From: an uncultured Thermococci archaeon
GTDB taxonomy: Archaea; CAYQAE01; CAYVLA01
DNA length: 64,000 nucleotides
Direction of reading: 5' to 3'
Assembly (NCBI GenBank): GCA_964549615.1
Contig: CAZJVP010000051.1
Coordinates: 64,001-128,000 of the forward strand
Numbering within the stretch: the first letter of the stretch is position 1; every line of letters starts with the position of its first letter. Positions 48,286-58,162 of the stretch are shown here, in pieces. The notes under the pieces were generated by a model. That model was not told the origin of the DNA and made no database searches. It saw only the letters and a program-made list of their open reading frames with translations. The position numbers and the translations under genes were made by a program.

Positions 48286-49524
48286 CTAACGGAGGGAGAG
48301 AATCAGGATTATGATCGCAATGCTGATGAAGGCGACGCTCATGACCCTGCCGAGGACCATGCCGATCACTATCACCGCCCCGGCCGTCGCGCCCATATTG
48401 GTGAATGCCGCAACAAGCAGGACCTTGGTCAGCCTGTTGGTCCAGAACGTGCTCACCTTCCTTATCTCCCTCAGGCCGTGGAAGTCCTTGACTTGGGGAG
48501 GGTTGACGAGGATCTGCACGTAGCCCGATATCCAACCCGTGGCGATTAGGGGATTGAGGATGCCGAATGGGGCAGCGATGAAGGCTGCGGCGATCGCTAG
48601 GGGATGTGCTAGGGCCGCGAGGGCGCCAAGGGCAGACAGGCCACCTCCGATCAAGAGGAGCTTCTCCATGATCTCCAGGAACTTGGGCCAACCTTGTGAG
48701 TAGATAGTCCAGATGAAGATGGCAAGGAAGGCGACCGGAATCAGATATCCCGCGAGCTTCAGCGAGAAGACGCTGCTTGGGATCTTCTCGAGCTCGGCGA
48801 GGTCCGCTTCCCGCCCGCGCTGCAGGTTTTCCACAAGGCCGTTGAGGTGCCCGGCGCCCACCACGGCGACGATGGTCCGGCCCGGACTCGCCTCGGCGAG
48901 CTGGCGCAACCTGCCTGCGATGTAGAGGTCCCTCTCATCCACCAAAACCTCCTTGGCCTTGGGAGCCAGCTTGCCCAGCTCCTCCATCATCTCGGTGATA
49001 ATGTCCTGCCTCTTGAGCATCTCGATGTCGATCTGCTGCGCATCTGAGGCCCCCAAGAGGCCGTAGACGAGCTCCCTGAAGATCCTGAACTTCTCGCGAA
49101 GGCTCATCTTGTTCCAAGCTCGCCTCAAGGTGACGGCGATCTTTCGGTCAACGAGGGCTATCTGCGCCCCGATCTCTTTGGCCGCGCCTATTGCCTCCAG
49201 CATCTCGGATCCGGGCTCAACCCCGAACTCCTCTCCGATGCTCCTTTGCAGCATCGCAAGGAATGATTGCCCGAGGAAGAAGTAGGGTTGCTCGCCGCGG
49301 AGAAGCTTCGTCAAGGGGGTCTGTTCCCAGCTCTTCTTGTCCAAGAGCACCTTGTACCGCGGTTCGCACAGCTCCACTGCCACGATCTGCGGTTTCTCTT
49401 CGAGTATGATCCTCCTGACCTCCTGCACGCTCTGCCTGGAGATGTGTGCGGTGCCGAGTAGGATCACATTGCTCTCGCCGACCGATATCTTTCGGACGTT
49501 GGAGTGTGCCACCGCGTCGTCCAC
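48286..49524 (-). CDS. TraB/PrgY/GumN-family protein with a C-terminal membrane domain
   Basis: LLGTAHIS, VAVELC..R, PGSEM, LVDR.I..TL.R, LVDERD.YIA, VVGAGH and several TM helices. Confidence 0.9.
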   Translation of the reverse strand: MDDAVAHSNVRKISVGESNVILLGTAHISRQSVQEVRRIILEEKPQIVAVELCEPRYKVLLDKKSWEQTPLTKLLRGEQPYFFLGQSFLAMLQRSIGEEFGVEPGSEMLEAIGAAKEIGAQIALVDRKIAVTLRRAWNKMSLREKFRIFRELVYGLLGASDAQQIDIEMLKRQDIITEMMEELGKLAPKAKEVLVDERDLYIAGRLRQLAEASPGRTIVAVVGAGHLNGLVENLQRGREADLAELEKIPSSVFSLKLAGYLIPVAFLAIFIWTIYSQGWPKFLEIMEKLLLIGGGLSALGALAALAHPLAIAAAFIAAPFGILNPLIATGWISGYVQILVNPPQVKDFHGLREIRKVSTFWTNRLTKVLLVAAFTNMGATAGAVIVIGMVLGRVMSVAFISIAIIILILSLR

Positions 49525-49641
49525 GAAGGCTCGCCTGACCGGGATGGCTTGCGGCTTGGACCCGGTTAAATCTTTTCGGACGTCTTGGGGTGTGCACCTC
49601 GGTTGCTCCGCGCCAGGCGGCGGCGGAAGGCCCGAGCATTG

Positions 49642-49656
49642 CTAAAAGAATTATAT
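49642..49656 (+). promoter_or_regulatory. BRE/TATA promoter, probably leaderless
   Basis: CTAAAAGAATTATAT ends about 22 nt before the GTG at 49678. Confidence 0.55.
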
Positions 49657-49677
49657 CCCAAGGCGCTTCCGAGAGGC

Positions 49678-50796
49678 GTGGACGCGGTCCTTCTTGCGGC
49701 GGGAAAGGGGACGAGGCTGAGGCCGCTGACGGTTAATCGTCCCAAGCCGCTTGTCCCCGTCGCGAACAGACCGGTCATGGAGTACCAGCTGAGACTCCTG
49801 GAGAATGCCGGGTTCGACAGGGTGATCATCCCGGTGGGATACCTGGCAGACCAGATCGTAAGCTATGTAGAATCCTTCGAAAGCGGGCTTGAGTTCGAGT
49901 TCTCGTTTGATAACATCCCGCTTGGGACGGCGGGGTCTGTGGCGAAACTGCGGGATCGCCTGAACGAGACCTTTCTCGTCATTAGCGGCGATCTATTGGT
50001 TGACCTCGATGTCGGCCAGCTGATGGGATTCCACGCACAGACCAGAGCCTCGGTGACCATTGCGCTGACCCGAGTGGAGGATCCCACCCAGTACGGGATC
50101 GCGCTCCTTGAGGGCTCGCGCATATCCAGCTTCGCGGAGAAGCCGGAGCCATCGAAGGTCTTCAGCAACCTGGTGAACGCCGGCATCTACGTAATGGAGC
50201 CGGAGGTCTTGGACGAGGTCCCGCCGAACGCCCAGTTCGATTTCTCGCTCGACCTCTTTCCCTCGATCATCGATCGCCGGTATCTGGCCGGCCATCTCTT
50301 GGGCGGCTACTGGAACGACATAGGAAGGCCAAGCAGCTACCTACAGGCCAACGGGGACGCCCTCTTGGGCAGGTTCCCCATGGAAAAGTTCGTTCGGGAT
50401 CCGATGGTGCCAAGCAAGGTGACCCCCGTCATGGGAAGGAGCTCCACACTGGGCGATGTCGACATATCGGGCCCGGTCCTGCTCGGCGAGAACTGCCTCG
50501 TAGAGGGAGGTTCGGCACTGCGGAGCTTCGTCGTGCTGGGCAACGATGTCTCGGTGGGAAAGGGTTGCGTCTTGGACTCCGTGGTGGTGCACGAAGGCAC
50601 CACGATCGGATCCTCGGCCGACGTGAGGCACTGCATAGTCGGCCGCGAGTGTGTGATATCGGACGATGTCGAGCTCGCGGAAGGAACGGTGATCGGCGAC
50701 CATACGAGGATCGGCCGCGGCTGCCGGATAGGGGCGAACATGAAGATCTGGGCCGGGAGCACCCTCGGCGCCAACACGGTCATCACGCCTGACTGA
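49678..50796 (+). CDS. NDP-sugar synthase (mannose-1-phosphate guanylyltransferase-like)
   Basis: AVLLAAGKGTRLRPLT..RPKPLVPV, PLGTAG, F.EKP, NAGIY, YWNDIG and a hexapeptide-repeat tail. Confidence 0.9.
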   Translation: MDAVLLAAGKGTRLRPLTVNRPKPLVPVANRPVMEYQLRLLENAGFDRVIIPVGYLADQIVSYVESFESGLEFEFSFDNIPLGTAGSVAKLRDRLNETFLVISGDLLVDLDVGQLMGFHAQTRASVTIALTRVEDPTQYGIALLEGSRISSFAEKPEPSKVFSNLVNAGIYVMEPEVLDEVPPNAQFDFSLDLFPSIIDRRYLAGHLLGGYWNDIGRPSSYLQANGDALLGRFPMEKFVRDPMVPSKVTPVMGRSSTLGDVDISGPVLLGENCLVEGGSALRSFVVLGNDVSVGKGCVLDSVVVHEGTTIGSSADVRHCIVGRECVISDDVELAEGTVIGDHTRIGRGCRIGANMKIWAGSTLGANTVITPD

Positions 50797-50971
50797 GGGG
50801 TGTTGGGCTTGTACGCTGTCTGGACGGTCGATTCTTGTGGCCTTCGGGAAAGCACCTCGAGTCACCTCGAGTGCGATGATCCCGCAGTGGCGCGCAGCCT
50901 AGAGGGGGCCCGAAACCCTTATCTGTCGAACGGGTCGAGCCCCGCCAAGGATAATTCAGCACAGTGATTGG

Positions 50972-52030
50972 ATGACGGAGTCGGGCCTTCATGTCGAGAG
51001 GGGCTGTATTGTGGCTGAAGCCCACGCTCTGAATGCCTGCACGGCTGCGGCACTCGGCTCGGGTTTCGCCCAGGTTATCGGCCCCGGCAACGTCGTTGTG
51101 ACGGGGAGAGACGGGAAGGGCTTCTCAAGGCTAATCAAGAGGGCTATGACCTGTGGCATTATGGAGAACGGCGTGGAGGTCATGGACACGAGGCTCGTTC
51201 CCCGATCCGTAACGCGCTACTGCGTCAGCGACACCTCCTCGGATTACGGAGTGTATGTGGGCTTTCACTGGCTCAGGCCGGGTAGCCTAGTCTTTTCCTT
51301 CTTCGATGCCGCGGGGGCCATCCTCGGGCATGACATGCTTGAGCGCATACTGGGCAAGATGGGCTGTTTGGAGAAGGGGACATCGGCGCGCGAGGTGGGC
51401 GATATCGTCTTCTTTTTCGACGCTGGCCCGAGGTACGAGGAAGAGATCCTCAGGGCTGTCGACACAAACGCGATATCCTCTGCGCGGCCGAAGGTGGTTG
51501 TCGACTGCTCCAACGGGGCCATCTCGGTCACCCTCCCGGAGATACTGCGAAAGTTGGGTTGCCAGGTTGTATCGTACAACGACGATCCGGCCGGGTACCT
51601 TTCTGGCATGCCGGTCTTGGCGGACGAATCCCTCATGGCGGATTTCGCCGGAAAGGTCAAGGACGGCGGGGCGGATCTGGGAATCGCGCTGGACCCGTTC
51701 GGCGAGTGCGCGAGGTTCGCGGACGATGAGGGCGTCGTGCTTTCACAAAGGGATCTCGGGCTCTTGCTGATGGCGAAGGCCGGGGTGAGGGTGATGGGCG
51801 TCTGGCACGGGCTTGGTGGGGCATTCCCATCCAGCATGGACGTCAGGATTCTGAAGGAAGATGAGGGGCAGCTCCCCAGGGGGCTTGACGCCGCTTTGGG
51901 CCAAGACCATGCCTGCTACCTCGGCAGCCGCAGGAGGAGGTGGTGGGACGCATCGCCCATGGCGCTCAAGTTGCTCGAGATCGTGTCCGAAGGGGACAAG
52001 ATTTCTCGGCTGCGGCGGGGGCTGGCCTAG
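50972..52030 (+). CDS. phosphoglucomutase/phosphomannomutase-like protein, degenerate
   Basis: VVTGRD, KVVVDCSNGA, ADLGIALDP.GE; lacks the phospho-Ser TASHN motif and domain IV. Confidence 0.75.
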   Translation: MTESGLHVERGCIVAEAHALNACTAAALGSGFAQVIGPGNVVVTGRDGKGFSRLIKRAMTCGIMENGVEVMDTRLVPRSVTRYCVSDTSSDYGVYVGFHWLRPGSLVFSFFDAAGAILGHDMLERILGKMGCLEKGTSAREVGDIVFFFDAGPRYEEEILRAVDTNAISSARPKVVVDCSNGAISVTLPEILRKLGCQVVSYNDDPAGYLSGMPVLADESLMADFAGKVKDGGADLGIALDPFGECARFADDEGVVLSQRDLGLLLMAKAGVRVMGVWHGLGGAFPSSMDVRILKEDEGQLPRGLDAALGQDHACYLGSRRRRWWDASPMALKLLEIVSEGDKISRLRRGLA

Positions 52031-53616
52031 GCGTGGTTCAGCTGAAGATAGTACCTGTAGCCCTCAACTAGCGCCGTCTTGCTCGCCTCGAGTATGTTCT
52101 CCGACACCCCGACGGTCGCCCACCGCTTCTTGTCGGCCTCGAACTCAACGAAGACCTCAACGGAGGATGCCGTGCCCTCCATGTTTATGACCGTGACCTT
52201 GAAGTTCGTGAGGTTGACCTTTGCGCTCTCCGGAAAGAAGGGCAGGAGAGCTTTCCTCAGGGCATTGTCCTGGGCATTGACCGGGCCGGCCCCCTCTGCA
52301 ATGGTGTGAATGATCTGGTTCCCGACCTTGACCTTGACGGTGGCCTCGGCTATCCTCCTACCGTTTGAGTCGACGGATGACAGGGTCCTCCACTCAGTTA
52401 CGTCGAAGGTCTTGCGCAGGACCCCCAGCTCCTCAGCCATCAGGAGGTAAACGGTCGCGTCGGCGTTGAGCAGGTGGTATCCCTGGGCCTCGAGCCGCTT
52501 GATTCTCTGCAGGATCCTCGAGGTGCGCTTGTCGCCCTTATCCAGTTTGAAGCCGAACTCCCTAGCCTTGGACACCACCGCGGCTCTCCCCGACAGCTCG
52601 GACACGGACAGGACGCGGGTGTTCCCCACAAGCTCCGGTTCTATATGTTCGTAGGACCGGGGATGCTTGTTAACTGCATCCGCGTGCACTCCGCCCTTGT
52701 GGCTGAACGCCAGCGAACCCACGTAGGGCTGGTGCGGGTTCGGCCTCGCATTGATCAACTCGTAGAGGTATTCGGAGGCCTGCTTGAGCTTGGTCAGCCT
52801 TTCCTCCCTCTTTCTGTCCCTCATGACGGTTGCGATGCCGAGCTTGTGTTCTAGGTTCGGCAGGACGGCGCAGAGGTCGGCGTTTCCACATCGTTCCCCG
52901 ATGCCGTTGAGCGTTCCCTGGACATGTTCGACGCCGGCGAGAACAGCGGCCACGGTGTTGGCGACGGCGCATCCGGAGTCGTTATGCCCATGGAAGCCGA
53001 GCTTCGTGCTCACCTCCTCGCGCGCCCTTTCGGTGATGGACTGGATCTCGTTTGGTAGGCTTCCGCCGTTCGAGTCGCACAGCACTATGACCGAGGCATC
53101 CGCATCTTCGGCGGCGCGCAGGGTCCGCAGGGCATATGCGGGGTCGTCCTTGAAGCCGTCGTAGAAATGCTCGGCATCGAATATGACTTCCAGGCCGTGG
53201 CTCCGGAGATATTGGATCGAGTCCTGAATCATCTCTATGTTTCTCTCCTCTGTGGTGCGAAGGACATCCGTCACATGGAAGCGCCAACTCTTCCCGAATA
53301 TTGCGGCGTACCTGACCCCGGAGTCCACGATGCTTGCGAGGTTTGGATCGCTGTCCTTTCGGCTGTCTTTCCTCATCGTCGCGCCGAAGGCGGTGAGCTT
53401 GGCAGAGAGCGAGTAGTCCCGGATCCTCTTAAAGTACTCAATGTCCTTGGGGTTGGAGGCGGGCCAGCCGCCTTCGATGAAATGAACCCCGAGCTCATCC
53501 AGCTTCAGGGTGAGGTCGATCTTGTCCTGAAGCGAGAAGGTGATTCCGGTCGTCTGTGAACCGTCCCTGAGGGTGGTGTCGTAGACATCCACCTGAGATG
53601 GAAGATGCTTGCTCAT
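52027..53616 (-). CDS. cimA: citramalate synthase
   Basis: YDTTLRDGSQ, IEGGWP.SNPKD, FDAEHFYDG, H.HNDSG.AVAN, PYVG..AF.HKGGVH, VSELSG and a regulatory domain. Confidence 0.88.
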   Translation of the reverse strand: MSKHLPSQVDVYDTTLRDGSQTTGITFSLQDKIDLTLKLDELGVHFIEGGWPASNPKDIEYFKRIRDYSLSAKLTAFGATMRKDSRKDSDPNLASIVDSGVRYAAIFGKSWRFHVTDVLRTTEERNIEMIQDSIQYLRSHGLEVIFDAEHFYDGFKDDPAYALRTLRAAEDADASVIVLCDSNGGSLPNEIQSITERAREEVSTKLGFHGHNDSGCAVANTVAAVLAGVEHVQGTLNGIGERCGNADLCAVLPNLEHKLGIATVMRDRKREERLTKLKQASEYLYELINARPNPHQPYVGSLAFSHKGGVHADAVNKHPRSYEHIEPELVGNTRVLSVSELSGRAAVVSKAREFGFKLDKGDKRTSRILQRIKRLEAQGYHLLNADATVYLLMAEELGVLRKTFDVTEWRTLSSVDSNGRRIAEATVKVKVGNQIIHTIAEGAGPVNAQDNALRKALLPFFPESAKVNLTNFKVTVINMEGTASSVEVFVEFEADKKRWATVGVSENILEASKTALVEGYRYYLQLNHA

Positions 53617-53887
53617 GTCTATCGCTTTCTGGAGGGAATGCCCAGGCAACCAACATAGGGATCTGAGGAATCTTAATTAGTGTTTCTCGGTCCTAGGAAG
53701 GATTCACCTTGGTCGGGTCGGCAGCGGTCCGGCGCGCCGTCGATCCTGCGGCATTTGTCTGGACCGTTGCGGATTTCGGGAACCGGACGGGTTCATCGTC
53801 GAAGCCCAATATTAGGCCCTGGCGTCCTCTTTGCGCCGGGCAAGCCCTCCATAGGAGCCAAGGATTCTTCCCTGATGGAGGGGGGTG

Positions 53888-55366
53888 CTAGTCCTTCCGG
53901 CGTCGGAGGGCTGCCCTATCTCGCACGGAGACAAGCGGCCTATCCCTTCCCAGCCTTCTGCCCAACGCCCCCGCCAGGAACAGGACAAACGCCCACGCGG
54001 TGCGGCCCTCGTTAACCTTGACCCTGAAGAACCAAGGGTCGCCGCGGCTTCCGTGCTGGTTCGTGAAGCTGCCTATGATGTAGTCATCCGGAGTTATGGA
54101 TCGGCAGCCCCCCACGGAGTAGATCCCGTTGGGTATGGGATCGCTCAGCACAAGATCGTGCCAGGTGTCCCCGTTATCGCGGCTCATCAGCACACCTATG
54201 TGGGTCTGGTTGGCTCGACCGATGTAGTAGAGGGGGCTGGTCCCCGGACCTGTGGCAAAGTATCCGTCCAGCCCCATGATGGAGATCGTCTCACCCCTCC
54301 ACTCCGGGTAGATCCTCTTATCGATCTGGCCCGAGGCGAGATCGATCCTCACATAGTGCTGTCGCGGGGGATTGGTCTGGCCCAGGTAGGCGAAGTGCAC
54401 CTTCCCGTTCTTGGCGATCATGCTGGAGAGCCAGGTGTGCACCTCGAACTCATCCGGAAGGATTATCTGGTCGGCCATGCCGCTCTGGTCGGGCAGGATC
54501 GGGCAGTAGAGCCGGGTTCCGTCCGCCTTGTGCCAGGTTTCTCCGCCGTTAGGCGTGTTAGCGTAGTGGATATCCCAGTACAGGTACCTGTCTTTGTGGT
54601 TCGTGGTCCAGGCATGGTGAAGCAGGCCCGTTTCGTCGACGTATATGTGCGGATACTGGGTTGTCGCATTCCGGCCGCTGAACTCGACGACCTGTTTCCA
54701 GCTGATGAGCTTGCCCGTGGTGGCGTTGACCACGAAGAACTTGCCGTAGTGGTTGAAGAGGTAGACCTTGCCTGCAGCATACATCATGGAGTACTTGCCG
54801 CTTGTTGCTCCGTTTATCCTCGTGATCTCCGGGTCCCTGTAGTCCTTGCTCGCTAGGAAACGGTGAAAGAGGAAGGGCCTCATGGGGTCGGTTTCGTCGC
54901 TGCAGACCGCGAGGATGTTGTTGTGCTCGTCCGTCTCTATGCAGGCTGCCTTCGAGCCCACCCTGGGGGAAGTGTAGACGGTCTCAAACGTCCTGCCCCC
55001 GTCCGTGCTTCTCACCAGCTTCCAAGTTCCGGGCCAAGGCGCGACGTCGGCGTAGTCAACGAGGTAGGTCATGAATATTCCGTTCTCGTTCTGCACGACC
55101 TTCTGGTTGTGGCTTTGGAATGTCGCGTAGTACGTGCAGTTATTGTCTATGAGGGTCAGCTCGAAAGCCGGAACGTCTTGGTCTCCCAGAAATGGGGATT
55201 GTCCGAGCGAGCGTTCGTCAGGCGTTGCAGAGGGCATGGACTCCCCTTGCATGCCGTTCGCTGCTCTTGCCAGAGTTGAAATGCAGCATGATGCAGTGCA
55301 TGCGGCCGACAGGCCCAGTAGTAGGACTGCGCTAAGGGCTCTTGGCGTCCGAGTTGGGCGTATCAT
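53888..55366 (-). CDS. secreted BNR/Asp-box beta-propeller (sialidase-like) protein with a C-terminal TM anchor
   Basis: Signal peptide; Asp boxes STDGGRTF, TPNGGETW, SRDNGDTW; C-terminal hydrophobic helix and a basic tail. Confidence 0.75.
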   Translation of the reverse strand: MIRPTRTPRALSAVLLLGLSAACTASCCISTLARAANGMQGESMPSATPDERSLGQSPFLGDQDVPAFELTLIDNNCTYYATFQSHNQKVVQNENGIFMTYLVDYADVAPWPGTWKLVRSTDGGRTFETVYTSPRVGSKAACIETDEHNNILAVCSDETDPMRPFLFHRFLASKDYRDPEITRINGATSGKYSMMYAAGKVYLFNHYGKFFVVNATTGKLISWKQVVEFSGRNATTQYPHIYVDETGLLHHAWTTNHKDRYLYWDIHYANTPNGGETWHKADGTRLYCPILPDQSGMADQIILPDEFEVHTWLSSMIAKNGKVHFAYLGQTNPPRQHYVRIDLASGQIDKRIYPEWRGETISIMGLDGYFATGPGTSPLYYIGRANQTHIGVLMSRDNGDTWHDLVLSDPIPNGIYSVGGCRSITPDDYIIGSFTNQHGSRGDPWFFRVKVNEGRTAWAFVLFLAGALGRRLGRDRPLVSVRDRAALRRRKD

Positions 55367-55558
55367 GCTCAACGGGTCTCGCAGGTGTGCTCTGAAAAAG
55401 CTAATCACCCACCGGGTTGACCGCCTCCAAACCGCGGCTTGGGTCTTCCCGGACGGCCGAACCCGTCTCCGTCAAGCCCCCAGGCTGGTCTCGGTCCCGG
55501 TCAGCCGATGGTTACAATTATAAACCGGCCATGGAGCCGGCTGCCTCACGGGTTTGCG

Positions 55559-56221
55559 ATGGCGGACATTCTCAGCCAGATCGCTGACAGCGTCGTCAAC
55601 ATCGATTTCAACGGTACAAAGAAACTCGTTCGGAAAGCCTTGAAGGACGGCGTTCCGCCTGTGGATATCGTGCTAAGGGGTCTCTCGAAGGGAATGGAGA
55701 GGGTAGGCGAGCTCTACGAGTCATCCGAATACTTCGAGGCCGAGCTGATCGCCTCGGGACAGGTCATGCAAGAGGCCCTCGAGATCGTGAGGCCCCACAT
55801 TGAGGTCGACAAGCTGGACTCCCCGGGCACCTTCATCATCGGGACGGTCAAGGGCGACCTCCACGACATCGGCAAGAACATGGTGATTGCGATGATGAGG
55901 TCGGCCGGCTTCAAGATAGTCGATCTGGGCGTCGATGTGGACAAGCAGGCCTTCGTCGACGCGGTGAGGAAGGCGGACGGAAAGATCATCGTGGCAATGT
56001 CCGCGCTTCTCACCACCACCATGCCGGCGATGAAGGAGGTAGTTGACGAGCTTGACCGCCAGGGGCTAAGGGAGAAGGTGAAGGTGCTGCTTGGCGGAAG
56101 GCCGGTCAACGCTGAATTCGCAAGGAAGATGGGCAGCGACGGTTACGCCAGGGACGCGGTATCCGCCGTCAGGGTGGCCAAGCGGTTGCTGGCCAGCAAA
56201 CCCGGCGAGTTCGTCACCTGA
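55559..56221 (+). CDS. corrinoid (B12-binding) protein of a methyltransferase system
   Basis: GM..VG..Y cap domain, GTVKGDLHDIGKNMV, DLGVDV, MSALLTTTM, GG.PV; AATTATAAA upstream. Confidence 0.92.
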   Translation: MADILSQIADSVVNIDFNGTKKLVRKALKDGVPPVDIVLRGLSKGMERVGELYESSEYFEAELIASGQVMQEALEIVRPHIEVDKLDSPGTFIIGTVKGDLHDIGKNMVIAMMRSAGFKIVDLGVDVDKQAFVDAVRKADGKIIVAMSALLTTTMPAMKEVVDELDRQGLREKVKVLLGGRPVNAEFARKMGSDGYARDAVSAVRVAKRLLASKPGEFVT

Positions 56222-56286
56222 ATGCGGGAAGCGGTCATCGGGATGGGCCGGGCGATCCATGCTCCAGGCCTGACAATATTTATCAC

Positions 56287-57198
56287 GTGTGCCCAGGCGG
56301 CAGTGGCGGTGATGGGTTGAAGGACGAGATCGCTGGCATAATCTGCGCAATGATGACTCCCCGCAATAGGGACGGGTCCGTGATGGAGAAAGGGGTCAAG
56401 TCCCTGGTCGACCACCTGATAGCAAACGGCGTGAACGTGGTCTTTCCGACCGGGACTGCGGGCGAGGGCCCCATCCTTTCCACCGAGCGCAAGAAGCAGG
56501 TGATCTCGGCCGTGGTGGATGCCGTGGGAGGAAGGATCCCCGTCACCCCCGGCATCGCCTGCCCAACCACCGAGGAGACCATCGAGCTCGGCAGGTTCTG
56601 CGAGGACCTAGGCGTGGAGGCCGTCGTGGTCGTGACCCCATGGTACTATAGGGTCGGCGACGAGACCCTTTACAAGCACTACGCGTCGATCGCCGAGGCG
56701 CTTGACACGCCAGTCATAGCCTACAAGATCCCCCAAGCAGCGGTGAACGACATATCCCTTGACCTCCTCGGCAGATTGGCCAAGGTCGACGGCATCGCGG
56801 CAGTCAAGGACAGCAGCGGGGATATGGTATGGCTTTCCAAGGCCATCGCCCTATACGGCGACCGGTTCAAGTTCTACGGCGGGAACGACCGCCTGATCCT
56901 GCCCTGCCTGGCGGTGGGGGCAGAAGGGCACGTCTCGGGTTCGTCCAACTGCTTCACGAGCGAGGTCGTCGAGGTCTACAGGCAGTTCAAGAAGGGCGAT
57001 CTGAAGGCGGCCCTTGCCGCGCAGCAGCACCTCCTGAAGGAGCTCATGTGCCTGCCGCCGGCGAAGGAGATATCGGCGATGAGGGAGGTGCTCAGGTGGA
57101 AGGGGATCGAGATCGGCGAGGCGCTGGACCCGGTGGGCGTTCTCACCAGCGAGGAGCGAAAGGACCTCAAGGAACGCCTCGCCAGGCTCGCACCCTAA
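56287..57198 (+). CDS. dihydrodipicolinate synthase-family aldolase
   Basis: GTAGE, TPWYY, Y.IP and Schiff-base KDSSGD. The start may be the TTG at 56317. Confidence 0.88.
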   Translation: MCPGGSGGDGLKDEIAGIICAMMTPRNRDGSVMEKGVKSLVDHLIANGVNVVFPTGTAGEGPILSTERKKQVISAVVDAVGGRIPVTPGIACPTTEETIELGRFCEDLGVEAVVVVTPWYYRVGDETLYKHYASIAEALDTPVIAYKIPQAAVNDISLDLLGRLAKVDGIAAVKDSSGDMVWLSKAIALYGDRFKFYGGNDRLILPCLAVGAEGHVSGSSNCFTSEVVEVYRQFKKGDLKAALAAQQHLLKELMCLPPAKEISAMREVLRWKGIEIGEALDPVGVLTSEERKDLKERLARLAP

Positions 57199-57890
57199 AC
57201 GCGCCCGGGGAGCAGGTTTGACAGCAGGAAGGCCTCGGCGTACTCGGTCCCAGCCATGAAGCCCCTCACCCGGGCAAGCCCCTCGATGAATCGAAGGACG
57301 CCCTGCGTTGTCTCGACCTGCGAGGCTTGGGACTCCATCGCCCGCATCTTTTTCTCGAACTGCTTGCTTATGTCCACGACGATGGACGGTTGGGTGAAGA
57401 GATCTAGGATCTCGTAGTAGAACAGGTAGGAGCAGTACCAGGGTTCCCCCAGGTCCGCCAAGACATTCTCGCTCGCCTTCCACCGGACCTCGTCAACTAT
57501 CTGGGCCACGGCTCGATGGTCTCGGTGCTTGTCGGAGTGACTGTGGCAGAGGATGAGATCCGGCTTCTTGTCCCTCACTATGGCGACGCAGCGCTGGTAG
57601 GTTGCCGTGTCGTTAACCACGCCTTGGCATGGGAGCCCCAGGATCAACCGCTCCTTAACCCCGAGGATCGAGTCGCACTTCCTGGCCTCGCCAGTCCTTA
57701 TCTCGGCCATTCTCCCTTTGAGCTCCGGCCTTCCGTACCCGGTTTCCCCGGCGGTGAAGGTGACGACCGTGACCTCTGCTCCGTCCTCGCTCAACCTGGC
57801 GATCGTGCCCCCAGGTCCGATTATCTCATCATCGGGATGGGCGCCGAAGACCAACACTCTGCGTATCCTCTTGCCATTGAGCTCAAACAT
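57195..57890 (-). CDS. PIG-L/LmbE-family deacetylase
   Basis: AHPDDE, T.GE.G, H.DH, H/Q.SQ and AEAF. Confidence 0.9.
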   Translation of the reverse strand: MFELNGKRIRRVLVFGAHPDDEIIGPGGTIARLSEDGAEVTVVTFTAGETGYGRPELKGRMAEIRTGEARKCDSILGVKERLILGLPCQGVVNDTATYQRCVAIVRDKKPDLILCHSHSDKHRDHRAVAQIVDEVRWKASENVLADLGEPWYCSYLFYYEILDLFTQPSIVVDISKQFEKKMRAMESQASQVETTQGVLRFIEGLARVRGFMAGTEYAEAFLLSNLLPGRV

Positions 57891-58139
57891 GCTCGGATCA
57901 TCCCCGCTGAAGGTCTTACACCTGCCTGGCACAACGCGGCTGAAGAATTTGCGTGGCCCTGCGGCCCGTGGTCCAAGGCTGCCGACGACCGCAGCCCACT
58001 CGACTACCCGCATCGGGGTGCTCAAAAAGATTTCTCTGATCGATCCGTCCGGTAGAGGTAGCCGCACGCGGTCACCCGAACGGCGGAATGCCGCGTTGGC
58101 GAGTGCCGAAGATTCCGAGGCCGGGCATAGGGAAGCTAG

Positions 58140-58148
58140 GAAAAAAAG
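58140..58148 (-). terminator. oligo-T terminator after the M42 peptidase
   Basis: A-tract on the plus strand about 15 nt beyond the stop at 58163. Confidence 0.5.
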
Positions 58149-58162
58149 GCACCCTCGCTGGC

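Noticed and set aside
50853-50872. CACCTCGAGT twice in tandem
   Set aside because: A two-copy 10-mer is compatible with chance or trivial slippage.
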